A stretch of 64,000 nt of DNA, taken from Candidatus Eiseniibacteriota bacterium. Its GTDB lineage: Bacteria > Eisenbacteria > RBG-16-71-46 > CAVPCR01. Shown piece by piece: positions 19,407-28,540 of the stretch. Location: positions 320,001 through 384,000 of the forward strand of contig CAWGMA010000003.1 in NCBI GenBank assembly GCA_963823555.1, read 5' to 3'. The position numbers and the translations under genes are program-made. The notes below the pieces were generated by a model that saw only the letters and a program-made list of their open reading frames with translations, was not told the DNA's origin and did no database searches. Numbering within the stretch: the stretch's first letter is position 1; every line of letters starts with the position of its first letter.

Positions 19407-20683
19407 GCACCGACGTCGTCATGCCGCAGATGGGCGAGAGCGTCGCCGAGGGAACCATCACCAAGTGGCTGAAGAAGGTGGGCGATCCCATCAAGCGCGA
19501 CGAGCCGCTCTTCGAGATCTCGACCGACAAGGTCGATGCCGAGATCCCGTCGCCGGTCGATGGTGTGCTGGCCGAGATCATCCATGGCGAGGGGCAGACG
19601 GTCGAGGTGAACACCGTCGTGGCGCGGATCGGCGTGGAAGGCGAGGCGACAGCACCGGCGCCCGCAGCCGCGATTGAAGCGCCTGCCGCCGCTCAGGCCC
19701 CGGCCGCCCCCGCAGCGCCGGCCGCACCCGCGCCGCCGCCGCCGGCCCCGCCGCGGCGCGACGGGGGAGCGGCCACCGTCGCCGAGGTGCGCCGCACGCG
19801 CTCGACCCCGATCGTGCGCCGCATCGCGGCGGAACATGGCATCGACATCGCCCAGGTGCCGGGCACCGGGATCTCGGGTCGGGTCACCAAGCAGGATATC
19901 CTCGAATACGTCGAGAAGGGCGGCGCGGGCGCACCCGCGCCGGCCATGCCGTCGCCCTTCCTGCCGGGTGAGCGCGTGCACACCGAGGCGATGACGGTCA
20001 TGCGGCAGAAGATCGCCGAGCACATGGTGATGAGCCGGCGCACCTCGGCGCACGTGACGACGGTCTTCGAGATCGACATGACCGCGATCGAGAAGCTGCG
20101 CCAGAAGAACAAGGAACGCTTCCTTGCCGAGAACGGCGTCAAGCTCTCGATCACCGCCTTCATCGCCCGGGCGGTGGTCGACGCCCTGCGCGCGTACCCC
20201 ATCGCCAATGCCTCGCTCGACGGCAAGAACATCATCTACAAGAAGGACATCAATCTCGGCATTGCCGTCGCCCTCGACTGGGGGCTCATCGTGCCCGTGA
20301 TCAAGAACGCCGAGGAGAAGAACCTCGTCGGTCTGTCGCGGGCCATCACCGATCTGGCCACGCGCGCCCGCGAGAAGAAGCTCTTGCCGGAGGAGGTCCA
20401 GGGCGGGACCTTCACCATCACGAACCCCGGTGTTTTCGGCAGCCTGTTCGGCACGCCGATCATCAACCAGCCGCAGGTGGCGATCCTCGGTGTGGGAGCC
20501 GTCGTCAAGCGGCCGATGGTGATTCCGGCGGCCGACGGCAGCGACTCGATCGCCGTCCGCTCGATGTGTTACATGGGGCTCTCCTTCGATCATCGTCTCC
20601 TGGATGGCATGCTCGCCGATTTCTTCATGTCGCACGTGAAGAAGAGCCTGGAGAGTCCCGCCCTGCCCGAGCTCGGGGCCTGA
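19403..20683 (+). CDS. 2-oxoacid dehydrogenase E2 (dihydrolipoamide acyltransferase), single lipoyl domain
   Basis: MPQMGES..STDKVD lipoyl domain, Pro/Ala linker, E3-binding GTG..GRVTKQD, catalytic FDHRLLDG. Confidence 0.93.
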   Translation: MSTDVVMPQMGESVAEGTITKWLKKVGDPIKRDEPLFEISTDKVDAEIPSPVDGVLAEIIHGEGQTVEVNTVVARIGVEGEATAPAPAAAIEAPAAAQAPAAPAAPAAPAPPPPAPPRRDGGAATVAEVRRTRSTPIVRRIAAEHGIDIAQVPGTGISGRVTKQDILEYVEKGGAGAPAPAMPSPFLPGERVHTEAMTVMRQKIAEHMVMSRRTSAHVTTVFEIDMTAIEKLRQKNKERFLAENGVKLSITAFIARAVVDALRAYPIANASLDGKNIIYKKDINLGIAVALDWGLIVPVIKNAEEKNLVGLSRAITDLATRAREKKLLPEEVQGGTFTITNPGVFGSLFGTPIINQPQVAILGVGAVVKRPMVIPAADGSDSIAVRSMCYMGLSFDHRLLDGMLADFFMSHVKKSLESPALPELGA

Positions 20684-20713
20684 CCTCGCGGCGAGGCCGC
20701 GGCCGAGGAGCGT

Positions 20714-21706
20714 GTGAGGACCATGACCCCGCCGCCGGCGCTGGCCATCATCACGCAGAGCGAGCGCATGCGAGAGATCCTCGATCGCGTGCGCGCTGTT
20801 GCCGCTACCGACGGCTCGGTGCTGCTGATCGGTGAAACCGGAGTCGGCAAGGAGCTCTTCGCCGACTACATTCACCGCGTCAGCCCGCGGGCGGCAGGGC
20901 CTTTCATCAAGGTGGCGCTGTCCGCGATGCCGCACGAGCTCCTCGAGAGCGAGCTCTTCGGCCATGAGCGGGGCTCGTTCACGCACGCCGTGAGCCAGAA
21001 GAAGGGCCTCTTCGAACTCGCCAGCGGCGGCTCGCTATTCCTCGACGACATCGACGATGTTCCGGCGGCGATCCAGCCGAAGCTCCTCCGCGTGCTCGAG
21101 TCGCGGGAGGTGATGCGCGTCGGTGGCACCACGTCCATCGCGATCGATGTGCGGCTCATCACTGCATCGAAGATCGATCTCAAGGAGCTGGTCGGGCGCG
21201 GGCTGTTCCGCACCGATCTCTTCTATCGCATCAACGTCGTGCCGCTGGAGATTCCCCCGCTGCGCGAGCGCCCCGAGGACATCCCGCTCCTGGTCGAGCA
21301 CTTTCTCGAGCGTTTCGCCCCGCAGAAGAAGCTCGCGATCGCGCCTCCGGCGCTCAGAGTTCTCGTCAGCTATGCCTGGCCCGGGAACGTGCGCGAGCTG
21401 CGCAATGTGATGCAGCGCATCGGCATCTTCGCCAGCGGCGAGATCCGGCTCGAGGATCTGCCGTCCGAGATTCACCATGCGGACCCGATCCAGGATCTGA
21501 TCCATGCCTGCTCGCGCTGCTTCGCCGATGAATCGATGTCGTTCCCGCAGGTCGTATCCTGCCTCGAGGTGAACCTGCTGCGTCAGGCGCTCAAGGAATC
21601 AGCGGGTAATCGCGCCCAGGCCGCGAAGTCCTTGGGGTTGAGCAGCTCGACGCTGCGGGACAAGCTCAAGAAGTACGGCCTCGACGGCGGCACGGAGACG
21701 GAGTGA
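20714..21706 (+). CDS. sigma54-dependent activator (AAA+ and Fis HTH only, no N-terminal regulatory domain)
   Basis: GETGVGKE, ESELFGHE, WPGNVREL, C-terminal HTH; GAFTGA is GSFTHA, Walker B is LFLDDI; alternative start ATG 20723. Confidence 0.88.
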   Translation: MRTMTPPPALAIITQSERMREILDRVRAVAATDGSVLLIGETGVGKELFADYIHRVSPRAAGPFIKVALSAMPHELLESELFGHERGSFTHAVSQKKGLFELASGGSLFLDDIDDVPAAIQPKLLRVLESREVMRVGGTTSIAIDVRLITASKIDLKELVGRGLFRTDLFYRINVVPLEIPPLRERPEDIPLLVEHFLERFAPQKKLAIAPPALRVLVSYAWPGNVRELRNVMQRIGIFASGEIRLEDLPSEIHHADPIQDLIHACSRCFADESMSFPQVVSCLEVNLLRQALKESAGNRAQAAKSLGLSSSTLRDKLKKYGLDGGTETE

Positions 21707-21842
21707 AGCCCGCCGCCGGCGGCCACCGGCAGGCGATCCCGGCGCGGACTGCGGCGGCGGGAACCCGCGGGCGATTCCACGGATTCCCGCCGCTGGAGGT
21801 CTGGCGCCGCTCCTAAGTCCAAGTCCCCCATGTGAAGCCCCC

Positions 21843-21857
21843 TGGTACGGCCTATGC
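21843..21857 (+). promoter_or_regulatory. putative sigma54 (-24/-12) promoter of the hydrogenase operon
   Basis: TGGTACGGCCTATGC with GG-N10-GC spacing, directly after a sigma54 activator gene; embedded in an inverted repeat AAGCCCCCTGG...CCAGGGGGCTT. Confidence 0.6.
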
Positions 21858-21932
21858 CAGGGGGCTTTGGTGTGGGCGGCCCCGCATTGACGCCAGGACG
21901 CGAGGGACCACGCGGGCCGCGGGAGCGAGGGA

Positions 21933-22154
21933 ATGCTCAGCGAGCCGGGACGACCGCAGGCGCTCTGCCTCCGCGGAGAGGTGGTGCAGATCTCCGAGCG
22001 CGAAGGACGACGCGTCGTCAGGGTGGCTGTCGAATCCGGGACCATCCTCGACGTAGCGCTCGACATGCCCCCGGATCTCCATCTCGGCGATCACGTGCTG
22101 ATCGATGCCTTCCTCCGTGTCGAGCGTCTCGAACAGGACATCGAGTCGCATTGA
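21933..22154 (+). CDS. small hypothetical protein, distantly HypC/HupF-like
   Basis: CLRGEVVQI...DLHLGDHVLID resembles HypC CLAVPGKI...KVGDYVLVH; purine-rich RBS; first gene after the sigma54 motif. Confidence 0.5.
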   Translation: MLSEPGRPQALCLRGEVVQISEREGRRVVRVAVESGTILDVALDMPPDLHLGDHVLIDAFLRVERLEQDIESH

Positions 22155-22220
22155 AGTCCGGCGCGCCGGGTAAGAGGAGCGCGGGGCGGATCCGTGGCAC
22201 CTTGAATCGAGGAGGAGCCC

Positions 22221-23342
22221 ATGAGCGAGCAGGCGCTGACCATCTGGGAGCACGCGCAGATGCGCGGCTACTCGCGCCGCGACTTCCTGCAGTTCTGCGG
22301 ATGGATCGCGGCGGCGGCGGGAATCGAAGCTTCAGGGCTGGCTCGGGTGGTGCACGCGCTCGAGACCAAGCCCCGCCTTCCGGTCGTCTGGTTCCATTTC
22401 CAGGAGTGCACCTGCTGCAGCGAGTCCTTCATCCGGTCATCGCACCCCATCGTCGGCGACATCGTGCTCGACAAGATCTCGCTCGACTACACCGAGACGC
22501 TGCAGGCGGCGGCCGGGAAGCAGGCGGAAGAGGCGCTGCACGAGACCATGACCAAGCACAAGGGCGAGTACTTGATGCTGGTCGAGGGCTCGATCCCGAC
22601 CAAGGACGATGGCATCTATTGCTGCATCGGGGGACGCAGCGCGCTCGACATCGTCAACGAGGCGGCGAGCGGTGCCAAGGCGATCATCGCCTGGGGGAGC
22701 TGCGCCTCGAACGGTTGCATCCAGGCGGCGAATCCCAATCCGACCGGCGCCACTCCAATCAAGGATGTGATCTCCGGGGTGCCGATCATCAACGTGCCCG
22801 GCTGCCCGCCGATCGCCGAGGTGATGGCGGGAACGGTGGTTCACCTCCTGGCCTTCGAGCGCATCCCGCAACTCGATGGGCTTGGCCGGCCCAAGGCGTT
22901 CTACTCCCGGCGCGTCCATGACACCTGCTACCGCCGTCCCAACTACGACGCCGGGCTCTTCGTCGAGCGGTTCGACGACGAGAACGCCAAGCGCGGCTTC
23001 TGTCTCTACAAGGTGGGATGCCGCGGTCCGGTGACCTACAACGCCTGCGGTGTCACCCGCTGGAACAACGGGGTGAGCTTCCCGATCCAGTCCGGGCACG
23101 GCTGCATCGGCTGCAGCGAGGGCCATTTCTGGGACAACGGGCCGTTCTACCGGCACCTGGCTGCGTTCCCCGGCTTTGGCATCGAGACCACGGCCGATAC
23201 GGTCGGGCTCGCGGTGGGAGCGGCCACCGTGGCGGGTATCGCCGCGCATGCGATCTCGACCAACATCCGGAAGCGGAAGATCATCTCCGAGAGCATCCAG
23301 AGCGGCAGCAAGAACGCGGGCACCAAGCAAGGAGGCGCGTGA
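22221..23342 (+). CDS. hyaA: membrane-bound [NiFe] hydrogenase small subunit, O2-tolerant type
   Basis: Tat signal SRRDFL, ECTCCSES, CASNGC, GCPP, HDTCYRR, C-terminal TM anchor. Confidence 0.95.
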   Translation: MSEQALTIWEHAQMRGYSRRDFLQFCGWIAAAAGIEASGLARVVHALETKPRLPVVWFHFQECTCCSESFIRSSHPIVGDIVLDKISLDYTETLQAAAGKQAEEALHETMTKHKGEYLMLVEGSIPTKDDGIYCCIGGRSALDIVNEAASGAKAIIAWGSCASNGCIQAANPNPTGATPIKDVISGVPIINVPGCPPIAEVMAGTVVHLLAFERIPQLDGLGRPKAFYSRRVHDTCYRRPNYDAGLFVERFDDENAKRGFCLYKVGCRGPVTYNACGVTRWNNGVSFPIQSGHGCIGCSEGHFWDNGPFYRHLAAFPGFGIETTADTVGLAVGAATVAGIAAHAISTNIRKRKIISESIQSGSKNAGTKQGGA

Positions 23343-25060
23343 TGGCTCGCATCGTCATCGATCCAATCACCCGCATCGAGGGTCACCTGCGCATCGAGGT
23401 GGAGGTCGGAGAACGGCGCCATCGTCGACGCCTACAGCTCCGGCACCATGGTGCGCGGCTTCGAGCTGATCCTGAAGGGGCGTGATCCCCGGGATGCCTG
23501 GGCCTTCACCGAGCGGGCCTGCGGGGTATGCACCACCGTGCACGCGCTGGCGTCGGTGCGCACGGTCGAGGACGCGCTCGACATCACCGTGCCGCCGAAC
23601 GCCGAGCTGGTGCGAAACCTCATGTTCTGCGCCCAGTACCTGCAGGACCATGTCGTCCACTTCTACCATCTGCACGCTCTCGACTGGGTGGACGTGGTCA
23701 GCGCTCTCAAGGCCGATCCGAAGAAGACCTCGGAGATCGCCCAGTCCATCTCCAACTGGCCCAAGAGCTCGCCGCGCTACTTCGCCGATGTCCAGAACCG
23801 CCTCAAGACCTTCGTCGAGAGCGGGCAGCTCGGGATCTTCGCCAACGCCTACTGGGGACACCCGGCCTACAAGCTGCCGGCGGAGGTGAACCTGCTCGGG
23901 ACCGCGCACTACCTCGAGGCCCTGGAGTGGCAGAAGGAGATCGTGAAGGTTCACACCGTCTTCGGCGGTAAGAACCCGCACCCGAACTACCTGGTCGGCG
24001 GCGCGGCCTGCGCGGTCAACATCGATGAATCGAACGCCATCAACGCCGAGCGGCTGGCCATGGTGGGGCAGCTGTTCAATGACGCGGCGGACTTCGTGAA
24101 CCAGGTCTACATCCCCGATCTCATGGCCGTGGCCTCCTTCTACAAGGACTGGGGCGCGGTGGGCGGCGGACTCTCGAACTACCTCGCCTACGGTGATCTG
24201 CCGACGCACGGCTACCACGATCCGAGCAAGTTCAAGTTCCCGCGCGGCGTCATCCTCGACCGCAATCTCGCCGAGGTGAGGCCGGTGGATGGCAAGGATG
24301 CCGAGCAGGTGACCGAGACCGTCGCCCACTCCTGGTACGAGTACGAGGGCGGCGATGATCAGGGCAAGCACCCGTGGGCGGGGGAGACCCGGTTCAAGTA
24401 CACGGGGCCCAAGCCTCCCTACGAGCACCTGGAGGTGGAGCAGAAGTACAGCTGGCTCAAGACTCCGCGCTGGAAGGGGCACCCGATGGAGGTCGGTCCG
24501 CTGGCTCGGCTGCTCGTCGGCTACGCCTCGGGCAGCGCCGAGATCAAGGAAGTGGTGGACGGCGCGCTGCAAGCAGCTCGAAGTGCCGGTCGGCGCACTC
24601 TTCTCGACGCTGGGGAGGACCGCGGCCCGGGGTCTGGAGACGGTGCTCATCGCCCGCTGGGCCAAGGAGTTCTACGGCGATCTGGTCGCCAACATCAAGA
24701 ACGGTGACACCCGGATGGCCAACCTCGACAAGTGGGATCCCGACACCTGGCCGAGCGAAGCCCGGGGCGTGGGTACTGAGCGAGGCGCCGCGCGGCGCGC
24801 TCGCCCACTGGATCGTCATCAAGGACAAGAAGATCGACAACTACCAGCTGGTGGTGCCGAGCACCTGGAACGCCTCGCCGCGCGACGCGGCGGGCCAGCG
24901 TTCGGCCTACGAGGCATCGCTCCTCGGCACCCCGGTCGCCAATGCGGATCAGCCGGTGGAGGTTCTGCGCACGATCCACTCGTTCGATCCCTGCATCGCC
25001 TGCGCCGTTCATCTCCACGATGAGAAGGGGGTTCACGTCCACCACCTGAACACATTCTGA
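23342..25060 (+). CDS. hyaB: [NiFe] hydrogenase large subunit, interrupted by three +1 insertions (23408, 24570, 24775)
   Basis: [16 protein letters not shown]1 [18 protein letters not shown]2 DPCIACAVH plus C-terminal extension; removing one base at each site gives a 571-aa ORF. Confidence 0.9.
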
Positions 25061-25072
25061 GAGGTGAGAGCG

Positions 25073-25753
25073 ATGAACGGAACGACGACGATCGAACGAG
25101 TCTACGTCTGGGAGTTCTCGGTTCGGCTCTACCACTGGGTGAACGCCCTGGCTGTGTTTGCGCTTGCCGTGACGGGCCTCATCATCGGCCGGCCGGTGAC
25201 CCTGCAGGTGGGCGGGGAGGCCTCATTCAGTTACTGGTTCGGCACGGTTCGCTTCATCCACTTCGTGGCCGGGTTCGTCTTCTTCTTCAACTTCCTCTTT
25301 CGTCTCTACTGGGGTTTCGTCGGCAACAAGTACGCGAAGTGGGACAACTTCATCATCCATCGCAAGAACCAGTTCAAGGAGATGGGCGAGGTGCTGAAGG
25401 TCGACATCTTGCAGGCGAAGATGCACCCGATGGAGTCGGTCGGGCATAACAGCCTGGCTGGGTTGACCTACTTCCTCACGTTCATCGTCTTCCTGTTCCA
25501 GGCGATCACTGGATTCGGCATGTACGCGGCGATGAGCAACTCCTGGTTCCCGAATCTTTTCGCCTGGATCGTGCCGTTGCTGGGCGGCGATTTCGCCGTC
25601 CGCCAGTGGCACCACCTGATGGTGTGGTTCTTCATCATCTTCAGCTTCATCCACGTCTACCTCGTGTTCTATCACGACTATGTGGAGGGCCGCGGCGTCA
25701 TCTCCTCGATGGCGGGCGGATGGAAGTTCATCGAGCGGCGCGTGCGCCGGTAG
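25073..25753 (+). CDS. hyaC: Ni/Fe hydrogenase cytochrome b subunit
   Basis: VYVWEFSVRLYHW, RFIHF, GHNSLAG, WHH, HVY haem-ligating His residues. Confidence 0.93.
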   Translation: MNGTTTIERVYVWEFSVRLYHWVNALAVFALAVTGLIIGRPVTLQVGGEASFSYWFGTVRFIHFVAGFVFFFNFLFRLYWGFVGNKYAKWDNFIIHRKNQFKEMGEVLKVDILQAKMHPMESVGHNSLAGLTYFLTFIVFLFQAITGFGMYAAMSNSWFPNLFAWIVPLLGGDFAVRQWHHLMVWFFIIFSFIHVYLVFYHDYVEGRGVISSMAGGWKFIERRVRR

Positions 25754-25800
25754 ACGGAGGCCGCACCTGGCGAGGCGGCGCGCACGAGAGGTGAGTGACG

Positions 25801-25825
25801 GGGGGCTCCGAATTCCGGGGCCCCC
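25801..25825. terminator. GC-rich hairpin between convergent hyaC and HNH gene
   Basis: GGGGGCTCCG-AATTC-CGGGGCCCCC; no U-tract. Confidence 0.35.
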
Positions 25826-25845
25826 TTGGCATGTCCGCTTGCTCA

Positions 25846-28194
25846 TCACGCCGCCAACTGTTCGGTAGCGAGGTGTTGGTGGGTTCGACACCAGGTGTGC
25901 CAGCGGTCGATAGCGGCGCGGACTTGATGCTCCGAGGCGCGGCGGCCGTTGGTGTAGGAGACGAGGGCGTGGCGGGTCAGGGGGTGGATGCCGAGGCGGA
26001 AGGAGAGGGCCCAGGGGGCCCAGCCGCCGATCTCGATGGTGCCCTGGTGGAGGAGGGCGTGGTGGGCGCGGCAGAGGGTGACGAGGTTCCACCGGGCGTG
26101 AGGGCCGCCGCGGGAGCGGAACCAGAGGTGGTGGACCTCGAGGTGTTGCCGGGAGGTGCAGCCGGGCACGGCGCAGCGGTGGCGGTCGCGGCGGACGATG
26201 GGGTGGAGCCGGTGGTGTCGGCGCGCGGCGGGGGAGTCGTGCTCGAGGATGAAGTGGACGAGGAGGACCTCGAGGAAGGCCGAGTCGGGTGGGGAATCGG
26301 TGTGAGCGTGGGGCGCGAGGATCTGTCGGCAGCGGCGGAGGGCGCGGCGGAGGAGGGAGAGGACGTCGTGGGGAGCCCAGAAGCGGATGCGGGCGACGGG
26401 GCGGTCTGGGAGGAGGGGGAGAGCGTAGTCGAGGCCGCGGATGCGAGGTGGCTGGCGGCGGGAGAGGGGTGGCAGGGGCCAGCCGAGGGGCGGTGCGGCG
26501 GCGGTGAGCATGTCCGCCGCTGCCAACGCGTTCGTGATGGCAGGAGCGCGGCGGCGGCGATCTCGCGGCTCCGCTGCAAACGCGTTCGCGGCGGTGGTGT
26601 CGGCGACGCACTGGGCGTAGGTGCGCAAGATCGCAGGGTCGGCGCCGGGGAGCATGTAGAGGGCGGCGTGCTCGACGGTGCGCTCGATGTCGCGGGCGGA
26701 GAGCGCGCGGGCCCAGGCGACCCAGAGCGGCTCGGTGGAGGGGTGGACGACGCGGAGGAGGGAGCGGGTGGCGGTGTAGCCGAGGGAGCCGTCGAGATAG
26801 GCGCGGCGCAGCAGTCGGAAGCGGCGCAGGGCCCGAGAGAAGGCACTCAGGCTCTCGGCGTGGCGGCGGGTGAAGCCGAGGCGGTCCGCGCAGTACTGGT
26901 CGTAGGAGCGGGCGCCGAGGTGTTCCCAGGCGCGGGTGTGCTCGAGGCGGTCGAGGTGGCGGCCGAGCTCGAGGCGGAGCCGGCGCTTGCGGGTGATGAG
27001 CCGGGCGAGAACGGCGGCGAGCTCGAAGGGGTCGCCGGTGCTGCCGACTCGCTCCTCGGGGCCGAGAACCGGTGCGGGGGGCGCATGGGCTCCCGCGGCG
27101 GCGCGGGTGTCGGTCTCCGTGCTCTCTGACGGTGGGGACGCGCACGGCTGCGGCGCCCCGTCCCCCGGCGCGGGGAGGAAGGAGTAATCGAGACCGCTGG
27201 CGACGATGATGTCGAGGAGGCTCTGGCGGCGGGGCTTCTGGTTCATGAGCCGGCTGAGCGCAGCGACGCCCCGCTGGCGGCGGAACTCCGCTTCATGGCG
27301 CTGGGTGTCGGCGGGGTCCTCGTCGCCGACGCGGGCGAGGTAGTCGGCGGCGATCCACTCGGCGCACTGGTGGAGGGGAGCCTCGCGGCCGGCGGCCCTG
27401 CGCGCGGACTCGACGGCGACGGCCCACAGCTCGCTCGTGCGCGCGGGGACGGGCACCGACATCCAGTCGCCCTCCGCGGGAGCATCGGGGTCGAGGAGAT
27501 TCAAGCCCGGGCGGAGCTGGGCCTCGAGGCTCGACGACGCCGCGACGACATGTGGCGCCGCGTCGCTCGGTGCGGTAACGGTGTTGTCGGCGGTTGCGCC
27601 GGCAGGGGCAGGGGTCGTGACCTGCGGGGCCTCCACCCGCCGCCGCTCGAGCTCGGCCCGCACCGCGGCCCCGAGCTCGGTGACCGAGCACCCGGCAGCC
27701 CGCTCGATCCACACCCGGCGCTCGGCGGCCGCGGACTCCGCACCGAGGACCCGCATGAGAGGCCCGACCTTGGAGGCGTGGAGGTGGCCCTGGGCCCATG
27801 CGCGCTCGAGCTCGGGCACCGCACCCAGGGCGCGCCCGAGCTTCAACAGCTGCCGTGCCTTGCCCTCCTTGAGACCGAGCTGATCGTAGGCGTAGTCGAT
27901 GGCGCGCGCGTAGCCGAGAGGTCGAAACAGCTCCTGGTCCCAGACCCGGACCAGGCCGCGGGCGAGCTCGCGATCGAGAGCGAGGTGTGCCCCGGCGAGC
28001 GCGCGGGTGTCGCGATCGAGCTCGAAGGCGGCGCGGGTGACGGCGGCGAGCGCGGCGGCGGTGACCGGCTGGCCGCGGGTCGTGGTGACCGGCCGGCCGC
28101 GGGCGCCGATTGACGCGCCATCGGGCGGGCGATCGAGTGCGCATATCGCATTGCCTATCGGAGCGGTCATTGGGATCTCTCCGGCGAGTGCCAT
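25846..28194 (-). CDS. HNH endonuclease with two DUF222-like helical blocks (probable selfish insertion)
   Basis: C-terminal RDRHRCAVPGC...LEVHH...GG...NLVTLCRAHH; duplicated W..LG..S/A..Y..D.LG...A block; GGAG RBS before ATG 28194; antisense within hydrogenase operon. Confidence 0.85.
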   Translation of the reverse strand: MALAGEIPMTAPIGNAICALDRPPDGASIGARGRPVTTTRGQPVTAAALAAVTRAAFELDRDTRALAGAHLALDRELARGLVRVWDQELFRPLGYARAIDYAYDQLGLKEGKARQLLKLGRALGAVPELERAWAQGHLHASKVGPLMRVLGAESAAAERRVWIERAAGCSVTELGAAVRAELERRRVEAPQVTTPAPAGATADNTVTAPSDAAPHVVAASSSLEAQLRPGLNLLDPDAPAEGDWMSVPVPARTSELWAVAVESARRAAGREAPLHQCAEWIAADYLARVGDEDPADTQRHEAEFRRQRGVAALSRLMNQKPRRQSLLDIIVASGLDYSFLPAPGDGAPQPCASPPSESTETDTRAAAGAHAPPAPVLGPEERVGSTGDPFELAAVLARLITRKRRLRLELGRHLDRLEHTRAWEHLGARSYDQYCADRLGFTRRHAESLSAFSRALRRFRLLRRAYLDGSLGYTATRSLLRVVHPSTEPLWVAWARALSARDIERTVEHAALYMLPGADPAILRTYAQCVADTTAANAFAAEPRDRRRRAPAITNALAAADMLTAAAPPLGWPLPPLSRRQPPRIRGLDYALPLLPDRPVARIRFWAPHDVLSLLRRALRRCRQILAPHAHTDSPPDSAFLEVLLVHFILEHDSPAARRHHRLHPIVRRDRHRCAVPGCTSRQHLEVHHLWFRSRGGPHARWNLVTLCRAHHALLHQGTIEIGGWAPWALSFRLGIHPLTRHALVSYTNGRRASEHQVRAAIDRWHTWCRTHQHLATEQLAA

Positions 28195-28540
28195 GTCCAC
28201 CGCTCCTGAGATCACGATGCGTGCCAGTCGCAGCGCTCCCCTAACTGATGATCACTGCGTTCATCCCCCGCTTACCACCCGCCACACACCGACAACGCCG
28301 TTCACACAACCGGCAACCGCGTTGACGCCACGGCAAACGTGCCCGTGGCAAGCTCAGTCTGCTGCCAGTCAGGGTCCGAGCGCGACAGCATCGCCGGGTG
28401 CGGCGTGCTACAGTCGAGGCGGTGACCCGGCCGCCGGCCGGGCGACCGTCAGGGCGAGCCCAAGCGCGAGCACCGCAGGGGTCCGACCAACGGAGTCCCT
28501 GGGCAGCGACCAAGCGCAGCAGATGGTGGGGTCCCGGGCC

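Noticed and set aside
21852..22253. 133-aa minus-strand ORF upstream of hyaA
   Set aside because: Antisense mirror of the plus-strand 73-aa gene; overlaps the hyaA start and the sigma54 motif
23342..25060. Programmed frameshifting or [NiFeSe] character of hyaB
   Set aside because: No slippery sequences at the three sites, and three events would be needed; the L2 motif is DPCIAC with Cys codons, not UGA
25826..25843. sigma54-like TTGGCATGTCCGCTTGC at the HNH 3' end, and CTGGCACGCATCGTGA at 28227-28212
   Set aside because: The first has 11-nt GG-GC spacing; the second lacks the -12 GC and would start transcription downstream of the RBS
25223..27145. Pro/Arg-rich 640-aa minus ORF and acidic 444-aa plus ORF (25795-27129)
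   Set aside because: Alternative frames of the compositionally skewed HNH gene
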